The notes under the pieces: generated by a model
What the model was told of the DNA's origin: nothing
What the model saw: only the letters and a program-made list of their open reading frames with translations
The model's database searches: none
Translations under genes and position numbers: made by a program
Shown: positions 25,099 through 37,141 of the stretch, one piece after another
Layout: each line of letters begins with the position of its first letter
Numbering within the stretch: the first letter of the stretch is position 1
Assembly (NCBI RefSeq): GCF_964213995.1
Contig: NC_135813.1
Coordinates: 61,070,001 to 61,134,000 of the forward strand
Origin: Mustelus asterias
Lineage: Eukaryota
Length of the DNA stretch: 64,000 bases
Direction of reading: 5' to 3'

Positions 25099-25271
25099 GA
25101 CTACCATCGACACCGCAAACTGCCGGCTCCAAGTGGAGAGGATCGCCAAGAAGATCGCGCATATCGACACAGACATCAAGTGAAGGGGCTTAGAGCTCCG
25201 AAAGCTTGTGTGGCTTTTGCTACCAAATAAACCTGTTGGACTTTAACCTGGTGTTGTTAAACTTCTTACTG
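24965..25271 (+). mobile_element. Penelope-like element (PLE) insertion, internally deleted, with an inverted 5' pseudo-LTR; present only in the gene 2 J-C intron
   Basis: Empty site at 5781-5794 and in copies 3 and 4; 14-bp TSD tgttactacgttat (24951-24964) / tgttacaacgttat (25272-25285); inverted repeat 24963-25098; short ORF start MTTIDTANCRLQVERIAKKIAHIDTDIK resembling a PLE N-terminus; partial hammerhead, AATAAA and direct repeat of the pLTR end. Confidence 0.8.
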
Positions 25272-26167
25272 TGTTACAACGTTATCCAGTAACACTCAGG
25301 ATCGATTAGTACTGGCGGAATTCTCGCAACAATATGGTTATTTTGGTCACCTGTGATTAATGCGAAATGTTAGGCTGAGAATCTTGTACCGAACTGTTTT
25401 CGGTGAGTTTGGGGACCAGTGGGAATGGGTCCCACCCAGGTACCACACTATCCTTCCGCAGGCTGAATGCAAGAAAGATCTTAAAACACAATGTTGCTTC
25501 AAGTGGAACAAAGCAGCCTGATGTGAACGTTTTGAATGTAATTCCAGCGTTTTAAACCAGACTACAAGGGCAGCATGTGAAACAGCCTGAACCACTATAT
25601 TGCTTTCATACAATCATGGAATTATAGAGCACACAACGGGGCCCATCGGAGCTTGTAAAAAACCTGCCCACTCAGATCATTTTCATGCCTGTTTTCTTCA
25701 CTTTTGAAATGTTTATCGTCTTGCTAATTATAGTTCCGCTCGCGGTGTTCATATAGCGAGGGTACTCCACTCCTAACACTGGCTGAGCGAATAAAAACAT
25801 CCCATCCTTCCAGCGATTGCATTCAAATAATGTCCTCGCACTGCCGACTGGATCAGATGGCTCAAACGTCTGGAGAGCCGCAGCAGATCAGACCGTAAGC
25901 TTCCAGTGAAATGAATTTCACTCGAAATTAAATTGCCCCTTTACCCGATCCCATAATTGGACACAATCTAGAAAATCACCAAAGTTCTGAGCCCAGCTAT
26001 CACTGCAATGTCTTTGGCTGCTGACTCAAGGATCCCCCATAAAAATATTTTCGCAGCAACCATTTTGATTTGCACTCATTCAATCCACCTATCCGACCGT
26101 TTCGAAGTACATTTTGTTATTTAGATAGCGTCACAAATGCTAGAGGACATTTAAGTGATTTACTTAC

Positions 26168-26515
26168 TGCCCAGATTCAACTTCGTTCCTCTCCCGAAAA
26201 TGAATCTATATGGACTGCTGAGCTCAGTGCCACAGTAATAATCTGCAGCGTCCTCCGATTGCACGTTGGTGATGGTTAAATGCATCTTGTTACTCGATGA
26301 GTCCACAGACCCGGTGAATCGATCTGGAATACCCGAAGCTGTATCAGCGCTCTCATCCCAAACAAGCACAGGGGCGCTGCCGGGTTTCTGCCAGTACCAG
26401 CTCGTGTAGGAGCTGCTAATGCTGCCTCCGGACATGGTGCAAGTGATGCTGACGGTCTCTCCCGTTGAGGCCGAAATGGATCCTGGTTGGGTCAGGACAG
26501 GATCCGCAATTGTAC
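26168..26515 (-). CDS. IGLV: Ig light chain gene 2, germline-joined V-J exon (CDR1 GGSISSSYTS, CDR2 DESADT, CDR3 GTELSSPYRFI, ends KLNLG)
   Basis: Open 348-nt exon with intact splice sites, both Cys, W and FGRGTKL; no RSS. Confidence 0.96.
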
Positions 26516-26655
26516 CTGGTGAAATGCAAAGTATTGTCAGTCACACACTGTGAAATGTTGAATATAGCTTACAATTCAGATTCGTTAAATCACAAGCGCA
26601 AAAGCAGATAATGTGAAAAGAATGAGCGTTACTTCAGGTTGACGCCCGTACTTAC

Positions 26656-26704
26656 TGTGGAAACAGAGTATCAGTGCGGCGAGAACTCCAATCGATTGTG
26701 TCAT
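26656..26704 (-). CDS. IGLV: Ig light chain gene 2, leader exon
   Basis: Identical to the gene 1 leader; GTAAGT donor. Confidence 0.93.
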
Positions 26705-26780
26705 GGTGAAGGTTTGGGGACAGGAAGAAGGAAAATAAATCCTGACACGAATGTGCTTCTGAGTCCATTCCAAACTCTCC

Positions 26781-26905
26781 TTAAAAAGATTCAGACACCG
26801 CAGGGCGAATGAATATTAATTACGTATGCAAATTGCCTGTCACGTGATATTAGGCCAAAGATCTCCATTTCGGTATTGTCTGATATTTGGAGAATGCGCA
26901 CGTCA
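26781..26905 (-). promoter_or_regulatory. Promoter of gene 2: octamer 26826-26833, TATA-like 26781-26787, E-box 26841-26846, CRE-like 26899-26905
   Basis: Same motifs and spacing as gene 1. Confidence 0.82.
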
Positions 26906-27185
26906 GCCATTTGGAACAGAAGAAAAATAAATCTCCCAAGCCACAGAATAGCATGCAAAATGGCTCAATAACCGCCCCCCCAAAAAACAAACGGTGCGGT
27001 GAAACAGAAAGAGATTAAATGGATCGTGTCTTGATCTCTGGAAGCCTGCCGATTACAATCAATAAATATTGCGGACAGAAAGCTGTTTAATAAGTGCATC
27101 GTTTTTGGTGAATAAATTAGAGACGAAACGTGCGAGTTGAGATTTCATGTGCACACAGAGAGATGTAAGGGAATTGACCACCGTC

Positions 27186-27452
27186 NNNNNNNNNNNNNNN
27201 NNNNNNNNNNNNNNNNNNNNNNNNNNNNNNNNNNNNNNNNNNNNNNNNNNNNNNNNNNNNNNNNNNNNNNNNNNNNNNNNNNNNNNNNNNNNNNNNNNNN
27301 NNNNNNNNNNNNNNNNNNNNNNNNNNNNNNNNNNNNNNNNNNNNNNNNNNNNNNNNNNNNNNNNNNNNNNNNNNNNNNNNNNNNNNNNNNNNNNNNNNNN
27401 NNNNNNNNNNNNNNNNNNNNNNNNNNNNNNNNNNNNNNNNNNNNNNNNNNNN
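27186..27452. other. N-run at the position occupied by the GATA microsatellite in copy 3
   Basis: Same flanks as above. Confidence 0.9.
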
Positions 27453-30400
27453 CGCCAAGCCCCGAGGAACATTATATTACCTACCTGGAATGTGATTGAG
27501 GTCCCAAAACTCTCCACTCAGCACTATTCAAGTGTTGGAAACCCACGGCATTCACAGTGAATTAAACCTTGGCAAAATGAAATGCTCTCGGAAACAGAGC
27601 TTTTCGCATGATTTTCGTTATTGGATTTGAGGGGTACATTTGCTGTCATTTGAAAGGATGAGTTTGAGAATGTCAATGCACTGGCCGACGTCGGAATTAG
27701 CTGAAAGTAGCAGTTTTTTCAAATCAGATTTCTGATGGCAGGTGACCCTACCCCCAACACTACCCTCGCTTCCCGCCGCACAACAGTATTGCAGAAGTCA
27801 TAGTACAATGTTCCATTGCTCACTCATTTGAAAAGTTAAACAAAATCAGGCAAGCAAATTAAATGCTGATAACGTTAGCTTATCACACACCTTCACCCCA
27901 TGTGTCCTTGAACAATTGTGAGAAGTAACCTTTTGATTATGCAGCTGAGGCGCACAGAGGAGAACGAGAAGAAATGAATTAATTACTTCGCCTGGAGAGC
28001 TGACGATCGCGGCTACAGGTGCAGTTGCGTCAGTGTAAAGAATTCGAGAAGCTTCATCGCAGAAGGAGGGCAATCAGTCAATCGCATCCATGTCGGTTCT
28101 GTAAAGGAGCGATCGAAGTGGAATTTCTGTCTTGATCTTACTCCAATTTTCGACACATTTTCCACCTTTTTGAGAGTGATTGTTGAATCTTCTTCCGCCA
28201 GTCTTTGATCCAATTGACTCCAGATCATTAAGAGTCGGAACATATTTAACCACCACCACCCCTGTTCCCGGGTTATTTCAAATGTTTGCCTTCTGGTGAT
28301 CAAACATCCCGACATTTGAATCAGCTTCTACTTTCTTTATCCAACACCTTTAAGAACATCTTTATCAAATCTACTGTGCGGCATTAAGGAGAACAACCCC
28401 AGGTTCTCTCGTCTTTACATCTAACTGAGCGCCTTTATCGCTGAAAACATGCGAATACACCTTCTTGCACCCTCTCCACGGCCTTGAAAGACATTCGAAG
28501 AATATTGTCCAGAACTGGACTCAATATTCTAGCTAGGGTCTAACAAAGATAAAAGGGTTAACATATTTGCTTGCATTTGTACCCGGTTGTTGGAATTTTA
28601 CTGACTCCCGTGCCGACAGAATGAAGGGTGGGGAAGGAATATTAAAATTTCTCCACCACTGGGAAAATTTCCAACCGGCGGTCAGGTAGAGGGATCAGGA
28701 ACAGATAATTAAAGTTGTTCGGCTGAAAGATATCGCAGGATATTTACTGAAAGATATGTCTCAGGTCCACGTCATGCGGTGCAGTCAGTACCCGGGGAGT
28801 GAGAGGCTTAAGGCCTTGCTTCTGGGTGGAATGTACAGAGTTGACATCTGCAGTGTGGAGAGAGGGAGAGAGACAGATACTAGTTCAGTTTAATGCAACA
28901 AGACAGCAGGAGCGAGAGAAGAACCACCCTCATGGCGTGCCAGCGGAATCGGAAAACGATTCGCATCGGGCCAGGAATGCAGGTTAAATTTGACTGAAGA
29001 CGGTACGCAGCTGAAATAACAGACAGAAAGTGGGCCTACTTCATGGAGATGTTGAAGTCCCAATAGAACCAATGATGGCGTCCGATTGGAAGCAAAAGAG
29101 TTAAACTCTGCGATTCGTGGCAGAGCTGAAGATTGGGAAGATTATAATAACCGAGAGGCAATGGCGAATAAAGTAATGACGAAGGAGAATTTAGAGTATG
29201 AGAGAATGTTAGCTAGACATATTAAAATAATGTAGGAATTTCTATATGCTTTTAAAAAAGAAAATGCTCACTAAAATACGTGTGGTTACTCTGGAGAAGG
29301 AGTATCGGAAATTCATAATACGAAATGAGGAAATGGCGACAGACTTGATACATGTTCACTGCCACGCTGTGGAATACATAAATAATATCCCAGAAATACT
29401 TGCAGGTGAAGAGGTAGAAGGGAGCGAGGAACATAAAGCAATTACAACCACCAGATCAATGCTACTGAGAAAACGATCAGAACTAAAGGCTGTCAAGTCG
29501 TTAGGGCATCATGGAGCTGTGTAAGATACCCTGACGGAGAGTGGATGCAGAGGCGATGGGCCGATTGGCCTCATTCTGCATTGTAGTGATTTTATAATTC
29601 CATGAGATCGGGAAATAGCACATCTAACTCCTGTATTCAAGAAAGGAAAGAGACAGAAAACATGTAACTCCAAGCCAATTAGCCTAACATCTGTCAAAAG
29701 TTAAATGTTAGAATCCATTATTAGAAGGTTATCTCAGGGCACTTGCAATTATGCAGAGCCAACATGGTTTTGTATAATTGAAGCGATACTTTACTACTTT
29801 GTTATCCTTACTTGAGCAACTTATTAGTGACGTGCATAAAGAGGAACCTGTAGAGTTGGATTTCCAAAACGTATTTCATAAGATGCCGCTTCAAAGATAC
29901 ATTATGAAAAGCCAAATAGGAGCTCATCACGCATGGTGTAATATTTATCACGAATCGAGGACTGATTGGCTTACAGAAACAGAGAGGTGGGATAACTGAG
30001 CCATTTTGGGGGGGGGGGGGGGGGCGGGGGGTGGGGATGGTGGTGGTGGTGGGGGGGGGGGGGGGGGGTAAACTGCAGCCGGTGGTGTATCACACGGATT
30101 ACATCTCGGGCCTCAACTATTTTCAATTTACAGTAATGACATGGATGATGGGACGGACTGATTGCAATTTTTTCTCACGACATTAATACGGGGAGAAAAG
30201 TAAATTGTGAGGTGCGCATAAATAGCATATAAAGGTATTGAGATAGACTACGTGAGTGGTAAAAAGAAACAGGTGGAGTGCAATGTGGTGAAGTCCACTT
30301 TGGCAGGAAGAACGGAAAGCAGCAAATTATTCACACGGGGATGAGAGTGCAAAGGCCCGCAGCGCTGGGGCATCTGGCTGCCTGGAATGTGATTCACAAA

Positions 30401-33400
30401 ACTTTAGCATGAAGCTGCAAGTGATTAGGAAAGCAACTGCAATGTTGTCACTTATTGCAAGTGGGATGGAATGTAAGAGTAGAGAAGATTCGCTACAAAG
30501 AGCTCATCTGAAGTACTTTCCTGTTGGCCCGTGTACCTCAGAACGGATACAATAGCACCAGCAACAGTTCGGAGAAAGGTTCACCCATCAGATGAAAGGG
30601 ATATCACATAGGGAAAGGTTGGACAGGTTGGACCTGTAGCCATTAGAGTTTAGAAGCACTGGAGGTGATCCTGCTGAAACGCCTACGATCCGGAGGGGAA
30701 TTGAGATGGTGAACGCTGAGGAAGTGCCTTCCCTCGAAAGAGACTAGAAGGCGGGGACATGAATTAGAATAAGAGGTTTTCCACTTGAGATGGAGATAAA
30801 GAGCATTTCATTCTCTGTGAGAACCATTAGCCTATGGAACTCTCTTTACCAGAGATATCCCATCGTGAATGGTGGTGGATAATTAAACAACTGACTGGAG
30901 GAGAAGACATCACAAATTTCTCCATCCTCAATAAGCAGTGAAAAAGATAAGGCTAAAGCATTCGCAAAAATCGTCTGTCACATGTGCCAAGTGGATGATC
31001 CATCTTGGGCTTCTACAAAAATGGTCATTATCACGGATCTCAATCTTCAGTCAATTCAATTCGCTCCACGTGATATCAAGAAGTGCCCGAATACGTTGGA
31101 TACTGCAAAGGCTTTGGGCTCCAACAATATTCTATCGACAGTCCTGAAGACTTGTGCTCCAAATGATGCGACCCCGCCAGTCAAGTTGTTTCAGTACATC
31201 TACAACACTGGCATCTACCCGGCATTGTAGAAAATTGCCCATTCATGTCCTCTACGCAAAAAGAAAGGCAACACCAACTTTATTCGTTAGCCATCAGGCC
31301 ACCCCAGATCATAAGTAAATTGATGGAAGAGTTCATTAACAGCGCAATGAAACGGCAGGAACTTAGCAGGAACCTACTCTCTGGCACATAGTTTGGATTC
31401 CGCTAGTCACTCAGCGCCTCACTTCATTACAGCCTTGGGTCAAACATGGACAAGAGTAGTTGAATGCCAGATGTGAAGTGACTGCGTTTGACGTCAAGGC
31501 AGCACATGTGGAATTAAGGAGCCCGAGCAAGACTGGGGTCAATTAGAATCAGAGGGAAAACTACGCTGGTTGGAGTCATACCTGGCACAGAGGAAGAGTG
31601 TTGTGGTGGTTAGAGTTCAATCATCTAATTTGCAAACTTCACTGCAGGAGTTTCTCAAGATGGTGTCCAAGGCCCAACCATCTTCAGCTGCTCTATCAAT
31701 GACCTTCCTTGCATCATAATGTCAGCAATGATCGCACAGTGCACAGTACCATACCCGCATCCTCAGAGGCTGAAGCCGTCCGTGTCCAAGTGCAGTAAGC
31801 CCTGGACAATATCCAAGTTTGTGTTGACAAGTGGCAAGTAGTGCCAGGAAATGACCATCTCCAACAACAGAGAAGCTAACCATTGTCCCTTGACATTCAA
31901 TGGTATTGCCATCAATGTCGACATCCTGAGGGCGACCATTGACCAGAAACTGAAGTGGTCTTGACATTTAAATATGGTGGCTACAACAGCAGGTCAGAGG
32001 TTATGAATCCTGTAGCAAGTATCTCACTTCCTGACTAGCCAAACCTATCCACCATCTGCGAGGCACAAGTCAAGAGTGTGATGGAATACTTTGCACGAGC
32101 CAGGAGAATGCAGCTTCTATAACTTTCAGGAAGCACACACCATCCAGGACAACACTTGACTGGCACCGCTTCCACAAACTCCCTCCGCCACGATGAACAG
32201 TGGCAGCAGTGTGTACCATCTGCAAGATGCACTGCATAAACCCATCCAGGCTCCATTGGCAGCATCTTACAAAGTCACATCGCAACCGTCCAGAAGGACA
32301 AAGGCAGCAGACACATGGGGACACAACTACCTTCGCGCTTTCCTCCAAGTCATTCGCAATCTGACATGGGGATGTATTGCTTACCTAGACCACAGGGACT
32401 GCGCTGATTCAGCAAAGCAGTTCACCACCATCATCTCGAGGGCAATTAGCGGTGAGGAATAAATGCTGGTCTAGTCAGCGATGCCCACATCACGTAACAA
32501 AATGCAGAATTCGATAGATTCCTGATTGAAAAGGGATCCAAAGAGTATAGGGGTGGACAAGAATGTCGGGTCGAGCCCACGATCACATCAGCCAAGACCT
32601 TCGGCCTAATCTTCGTTCCAATTCATATGATCGTATGATTCGTATTTGCGCCCTTTTTGACTCCTTTTATCCTATTAAATTTCTGAACCTTCGTATCCAT
32701 TAATGTGGCACTGACAGCATTATCTTTAGTGAATGAGGCAGGAAAGGAAGTGATAGTGAAACATTTTGTGACACTGGGTTCTTACTGCTTCTAATCATTC
32801 GGATTCCCTGATATTATGGACATTCACCACTGAAAAGGGGAACTCATTAAACATCCGAATTAATTGACAATACCTGAAGAGAATATTCTGAAAACGACTT
32901 TCATGTCCGAATGCCTATTTTCCAAGTGTCCACGTATTTTGCCAGGAATTGATATTTTGAGATATTTTAACCGCAAATACACTTCATGTAATAACACGGT
33001 CCTTGGTATACCAAGTCCAATATTGCCATCTGCTGGTTCAGCCGCAAAAAGCGCGCAGTTTCATTGGGATGCGTTCTGGACTTTTTTCATCTATTGTGCG
33101 TAGTGCAATAGAAAGCAGGGGGAATGAAATGACAATTATAAAATAAAATTCTGGATAAAGTCAGGAGATCTGGTCGCACTTGTGAGGAGCGAAACACAAT
33201 TTCTGTATAAGGGTAATTCGCACTGCCGTGTTCGGTGAAACAGTGTTCAGTCTCTAATAAATTAAGCGTAAATCTCATCAGTACTTTTATCATGCATTTC
33301 AAACGTTTCGAAGACAGGTGCAGCGCAGCCTCAAACTAGGGAGCAGGAACCTACACTGTAAAGCATGGCGGACGCTGTCGTCCGGCGAGGAATGATCGAA

Positions 33401-36400
33401 TTAGCATTGCAGAGTCCTGGAACAAGCAATGATTCTAAATCCCACCATGGTATCTGGCAATAAGCCTTGAACAAATTAGTTGTCTTAATGTTAACCACGA
33501 AACTACTGAATTGCTGAAAAAAAACATTCGCTTCATTAACATCATTCCGGGCAGGAAATCTGCCATCTTTACTGAGTACATACGTGACTCCACGTTTTCC
33601 GTCGCGAAATAGATACAGAAGTCTGAGGACACGTACCAACCAACTTAAGAACAGCTTCTTCACTGCTGCCCTCAGACTTTTGAATGGACCTGTCTCGCAT
33701 TAAGTTGATGTTTCTCTGCACCCTAGCTATGACTGCAAGACTACATTCTGCACTCTCTCCTTTCCTTCTCTGTGAACGGTACGCTTTGTCGGTATAGCAT
33801 GTAAGAAACAACACTTGTCACTGTATACGAATATACAAGACAATAATAAATCAAATCAAATCAAATCAAATCAAAAACATTTGTGCTATTAGGGAAACAT
33901 TTGCACAATACATGGCCAGCCATGTTGGTAACACGCTGTTAGCAGTGGTGTTGATGATGAACCTCCTGATCAGATTGCTTTACCTGTTACAGAAAGAGCC
34001 CGTTCACCTGAGATGATTCTACAAATAACAGCAAAGGCCAAAGCGGCAGTGGCGCAAGGTTTGTTTTCAATTATGGAGGTAGTTACAGATGAAAATTAGA
34101 GGCCAGGAGTGAATGAGTTTGGGGGAGGGAGAGGCGAACATCAGAGCGCATGTACAACCTAGCAGAAAGCAAGAACACAATTGGTGCCATGCTGAAAACA
34201 TACTATTATTTATATAAATTGGAACGAGTTGAGGCCACAGCACTGATCATTGTGGCACACCACCCCTTATACCTTGCCAATCACAAAATTGTCCCTTTTG
34301 CCCACCCTCTGTCTCCTGTTCGCTCGCAGATTTTCTGTCCATGACCCCACACGATAAACTCTCCTTTTCCGCAATACCCTTTGCTTTGACATCTTATTAA
34401 ATGCTTACTGAAAATCACAGTACATCCACCTGCTCATCTTTATCCACAGCACGCTACTTCTTCAAATCACTCCAGTAAATTGGCTGAACATGAATTCCCT
34501 TTGACAAAACTGTGTTGGCTCTATCTGATGACCGTGATTTTACTTCTGTGCCCTGCTATCAAATCTTTAATAACCGCTGCTACCATTTTCCTTATATGTC
34601 ATACGGTGAGCTAACTGGTGTTGTTCAGCTGACATGTGTTGTTCCCTGCTATAGGTCTCTTTTTCCTATTGCATTAAAGTGCGACATTCGCTGTTTTCCA
34701 ATCTAATGCACACTTCCCAGAAACTGGGGAATTTTGGAAAATTGAAACCAACCCATCAATTGTCCCTTTAGAGACCTTCGGGTGAAATCCATCAGGACCT
34801 GAGGACTCATCAGCCCACATCTTCAACAACTTCTTAATGTCATTTCCCTGACGATTCTAATTTTCTTGAGTCCTTCTCTTCCATTTCCTGCTCTATAGCT
34901 ATTTCTGTGATAGAACTTGTATCCGCGACAGTGAAGACTGAAAGCAAAATGCCTGTTCTAGTCATCTGCAATCTTTTTGTTTGCGATAAATTCGCCAGAC
35001 TCAATTTCTATCGAACTGTCGCCCACTATATGAACGGTTTTCTTTTTTTTATCGTTTACCTTCATAATTTTAAGTTGATTTATTAGTGTCACGAGCAGGC
35101 GTACATTAACATTGCAATAATTGACTATGAAATCCCCCAATCGCCACACTCCGGCACCTGTTCGGGTACACTGAGGGAGAATTAGCAATGCTAAGCACGT
35201 GCCACAGTGCCAAAGGCAAGAAATAACTGACAAAACCCCAGAGTATTCGGGAAATAAATGAACTGGTTTGGAAGCATCTATGGAGACAGAAACAGAGGGA
35301 AAATTGCGCCTCCAAAGGTGCCAGATGTAAATACATAAAATACATGTGATGAGTTTTGTTGATCTGAAATTCACTTAAAGAGTACAGGAAACCGATCCAA
35401 TTAAAACTTCAAGATGAAAATTGGATAGATTCATGAAACCGATGTCTGCATGAAATGCCCATCGTGCACTGGAGTGCGATTACTTGGATAGCTCTTTCAA
35501 AGAGTACAGTGTGTCAATGGCATTTTTGTGTTGTACTCTTCAGTGAAATGGTTGGGAACGGAGCTCAATATAAGGGTACTAAGTCATTTTTCAGTTGTGT
35601 TTCCCTTTGGAGGGAACCAGATGTTTATCCATTCTATGTACACGTATTTTTCGTTAGCTGGTGACATAAAGTTGCATAGCCAGTTGTAATGATCAGGAAT
35701 GCAAGAACTTAAATGATGACGGAGCAGATTCCGAAGTCTCTTGTAAAAGTCAATAGAACTTCCATGTGAAACGAATAACAATTGAAAGATTATGGCGAGA
35801 GAATGTCTTGGATTAACTGGCCATCGTCACTTCTCTTTGCTTCTATTCTAAACAATGGTCCACTGATCCTGAGTCTAAGCCCCCATGTTCTGGATTTCAC
35901 AGCCAGGGCAAACATCCGGCTGTACTCTTCAGTTGCAAGGACAGGGTCTTCGGATAGTCAGTTTGCCTGCGCCGCCAACTCACCTCCCCGCTCATGCTGT
36001 CCGCTTTGCAGCCATTGGACATGTGGTGGAGACAGAAATCGGGCAAATGCAAGACATGCACATCCTTCTGCGGAGGAGTTACCACCTGAGAGGACTGACG
36101 GCCAACCGTTTGTGCAGCAACTCTGTAGGTTCGAGTACTGGCGACAGTTCGGATTACAACCGGTCTCCAATGACGAAATCTAATGTCGGCCAAATGAGGA
36201 AGATCCTTGGAGCTTTGGTGGGGCCGAGGGAAGTGAGGGGAGGGGGGTGTTCCCCTTGCCAACACCAACACTCAGCTCCGGCTGTTAGATTAGTGTCTTG
36301 ACATAGTCCGGTCCCAGCCAGGGGAATAATTGTAGTGCGGACAGGATGAAGCCCCTGAGTGACTCTTAATAGGTCACTTAAGGGCCTCAATAGGCTCAAA

Positions 36401-36787
36401 GGTGCGCGTGCCACAGAACGAATTTGTTCTTCCCAATAGTTGGAGGAGATTTCCAATCATCACTGTAGAACAGTTCAGTGAGGCGATGTGAGATAGAGCT
36501 TCGTGCTTTTCGAGTGCATAAAGAGCCTGATGTGCTTTCAGATGATGCCTACAAGGGGGAGCATGCGGATGGGAAAAAGAATGGGGGCCAGGGACATATT
36601 GTTGAGTTGCTAGCATGGGAGCAGGAAGAGAAGCCATTGCAGACAAATCTGTGGATATTATTTGATAAATAATGATGGAGCCAGATCACGAGAATAGGCC
36701 CAAGCAACTGACAAACGGTGGAGATTTTTTGGATCGTGTGTTGAATCGTGTCAAAGACCGACGCCAGTCCGAAAACAATGAGCCGTC

Positions 36788-37141
36788 GGGCGGCACGGTG
36801 GCACAGTGGTTAGCGCTGCTCCCTGACAGCGCCAGGGACCCGGTTTCACTTTGCAGCTTGAGCCACTGTCTGAGCGGAGTCTGCACGTTCTCCCCGTGTC
36901 TGCGTGGGCTTTCTCCGCGTGCTTCGGTTTTCACCCGAAGTCCGAAAGTCGTAATGATTAGGTGCATTGGTCATGCTAAATTTTCTCTCAGTGTACCCGT
37001 ACAGGCGCCGGAGTGTGGCGACTAGAAGATTTTCACAGTAACTTCATTGCAGTATTTGCAGTTTGGATTGCATCCGGTAATTGTAAGCCTGCTTGTGACT
37101 AAAAATAAAGAAATTGTAAAAAACTTTAAAACTTTAAAAAA
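36788..37141 (+). mobile_element. V-SINE, paralogous copy in period 2
   Basis: Near identical to 17280-17632. Confidence 0.85.

Noticed and set aside
24963-25275. CRISPR-like or DNA-transposon interpretation of the repeated tttaacctggtgttgttaaac motif
   Set aside because: Eukaryotic context; one inverted plus two direct copies fit Penelope pLTR architecture, not repeat-spacer arrays or terminal inverted repeats alone
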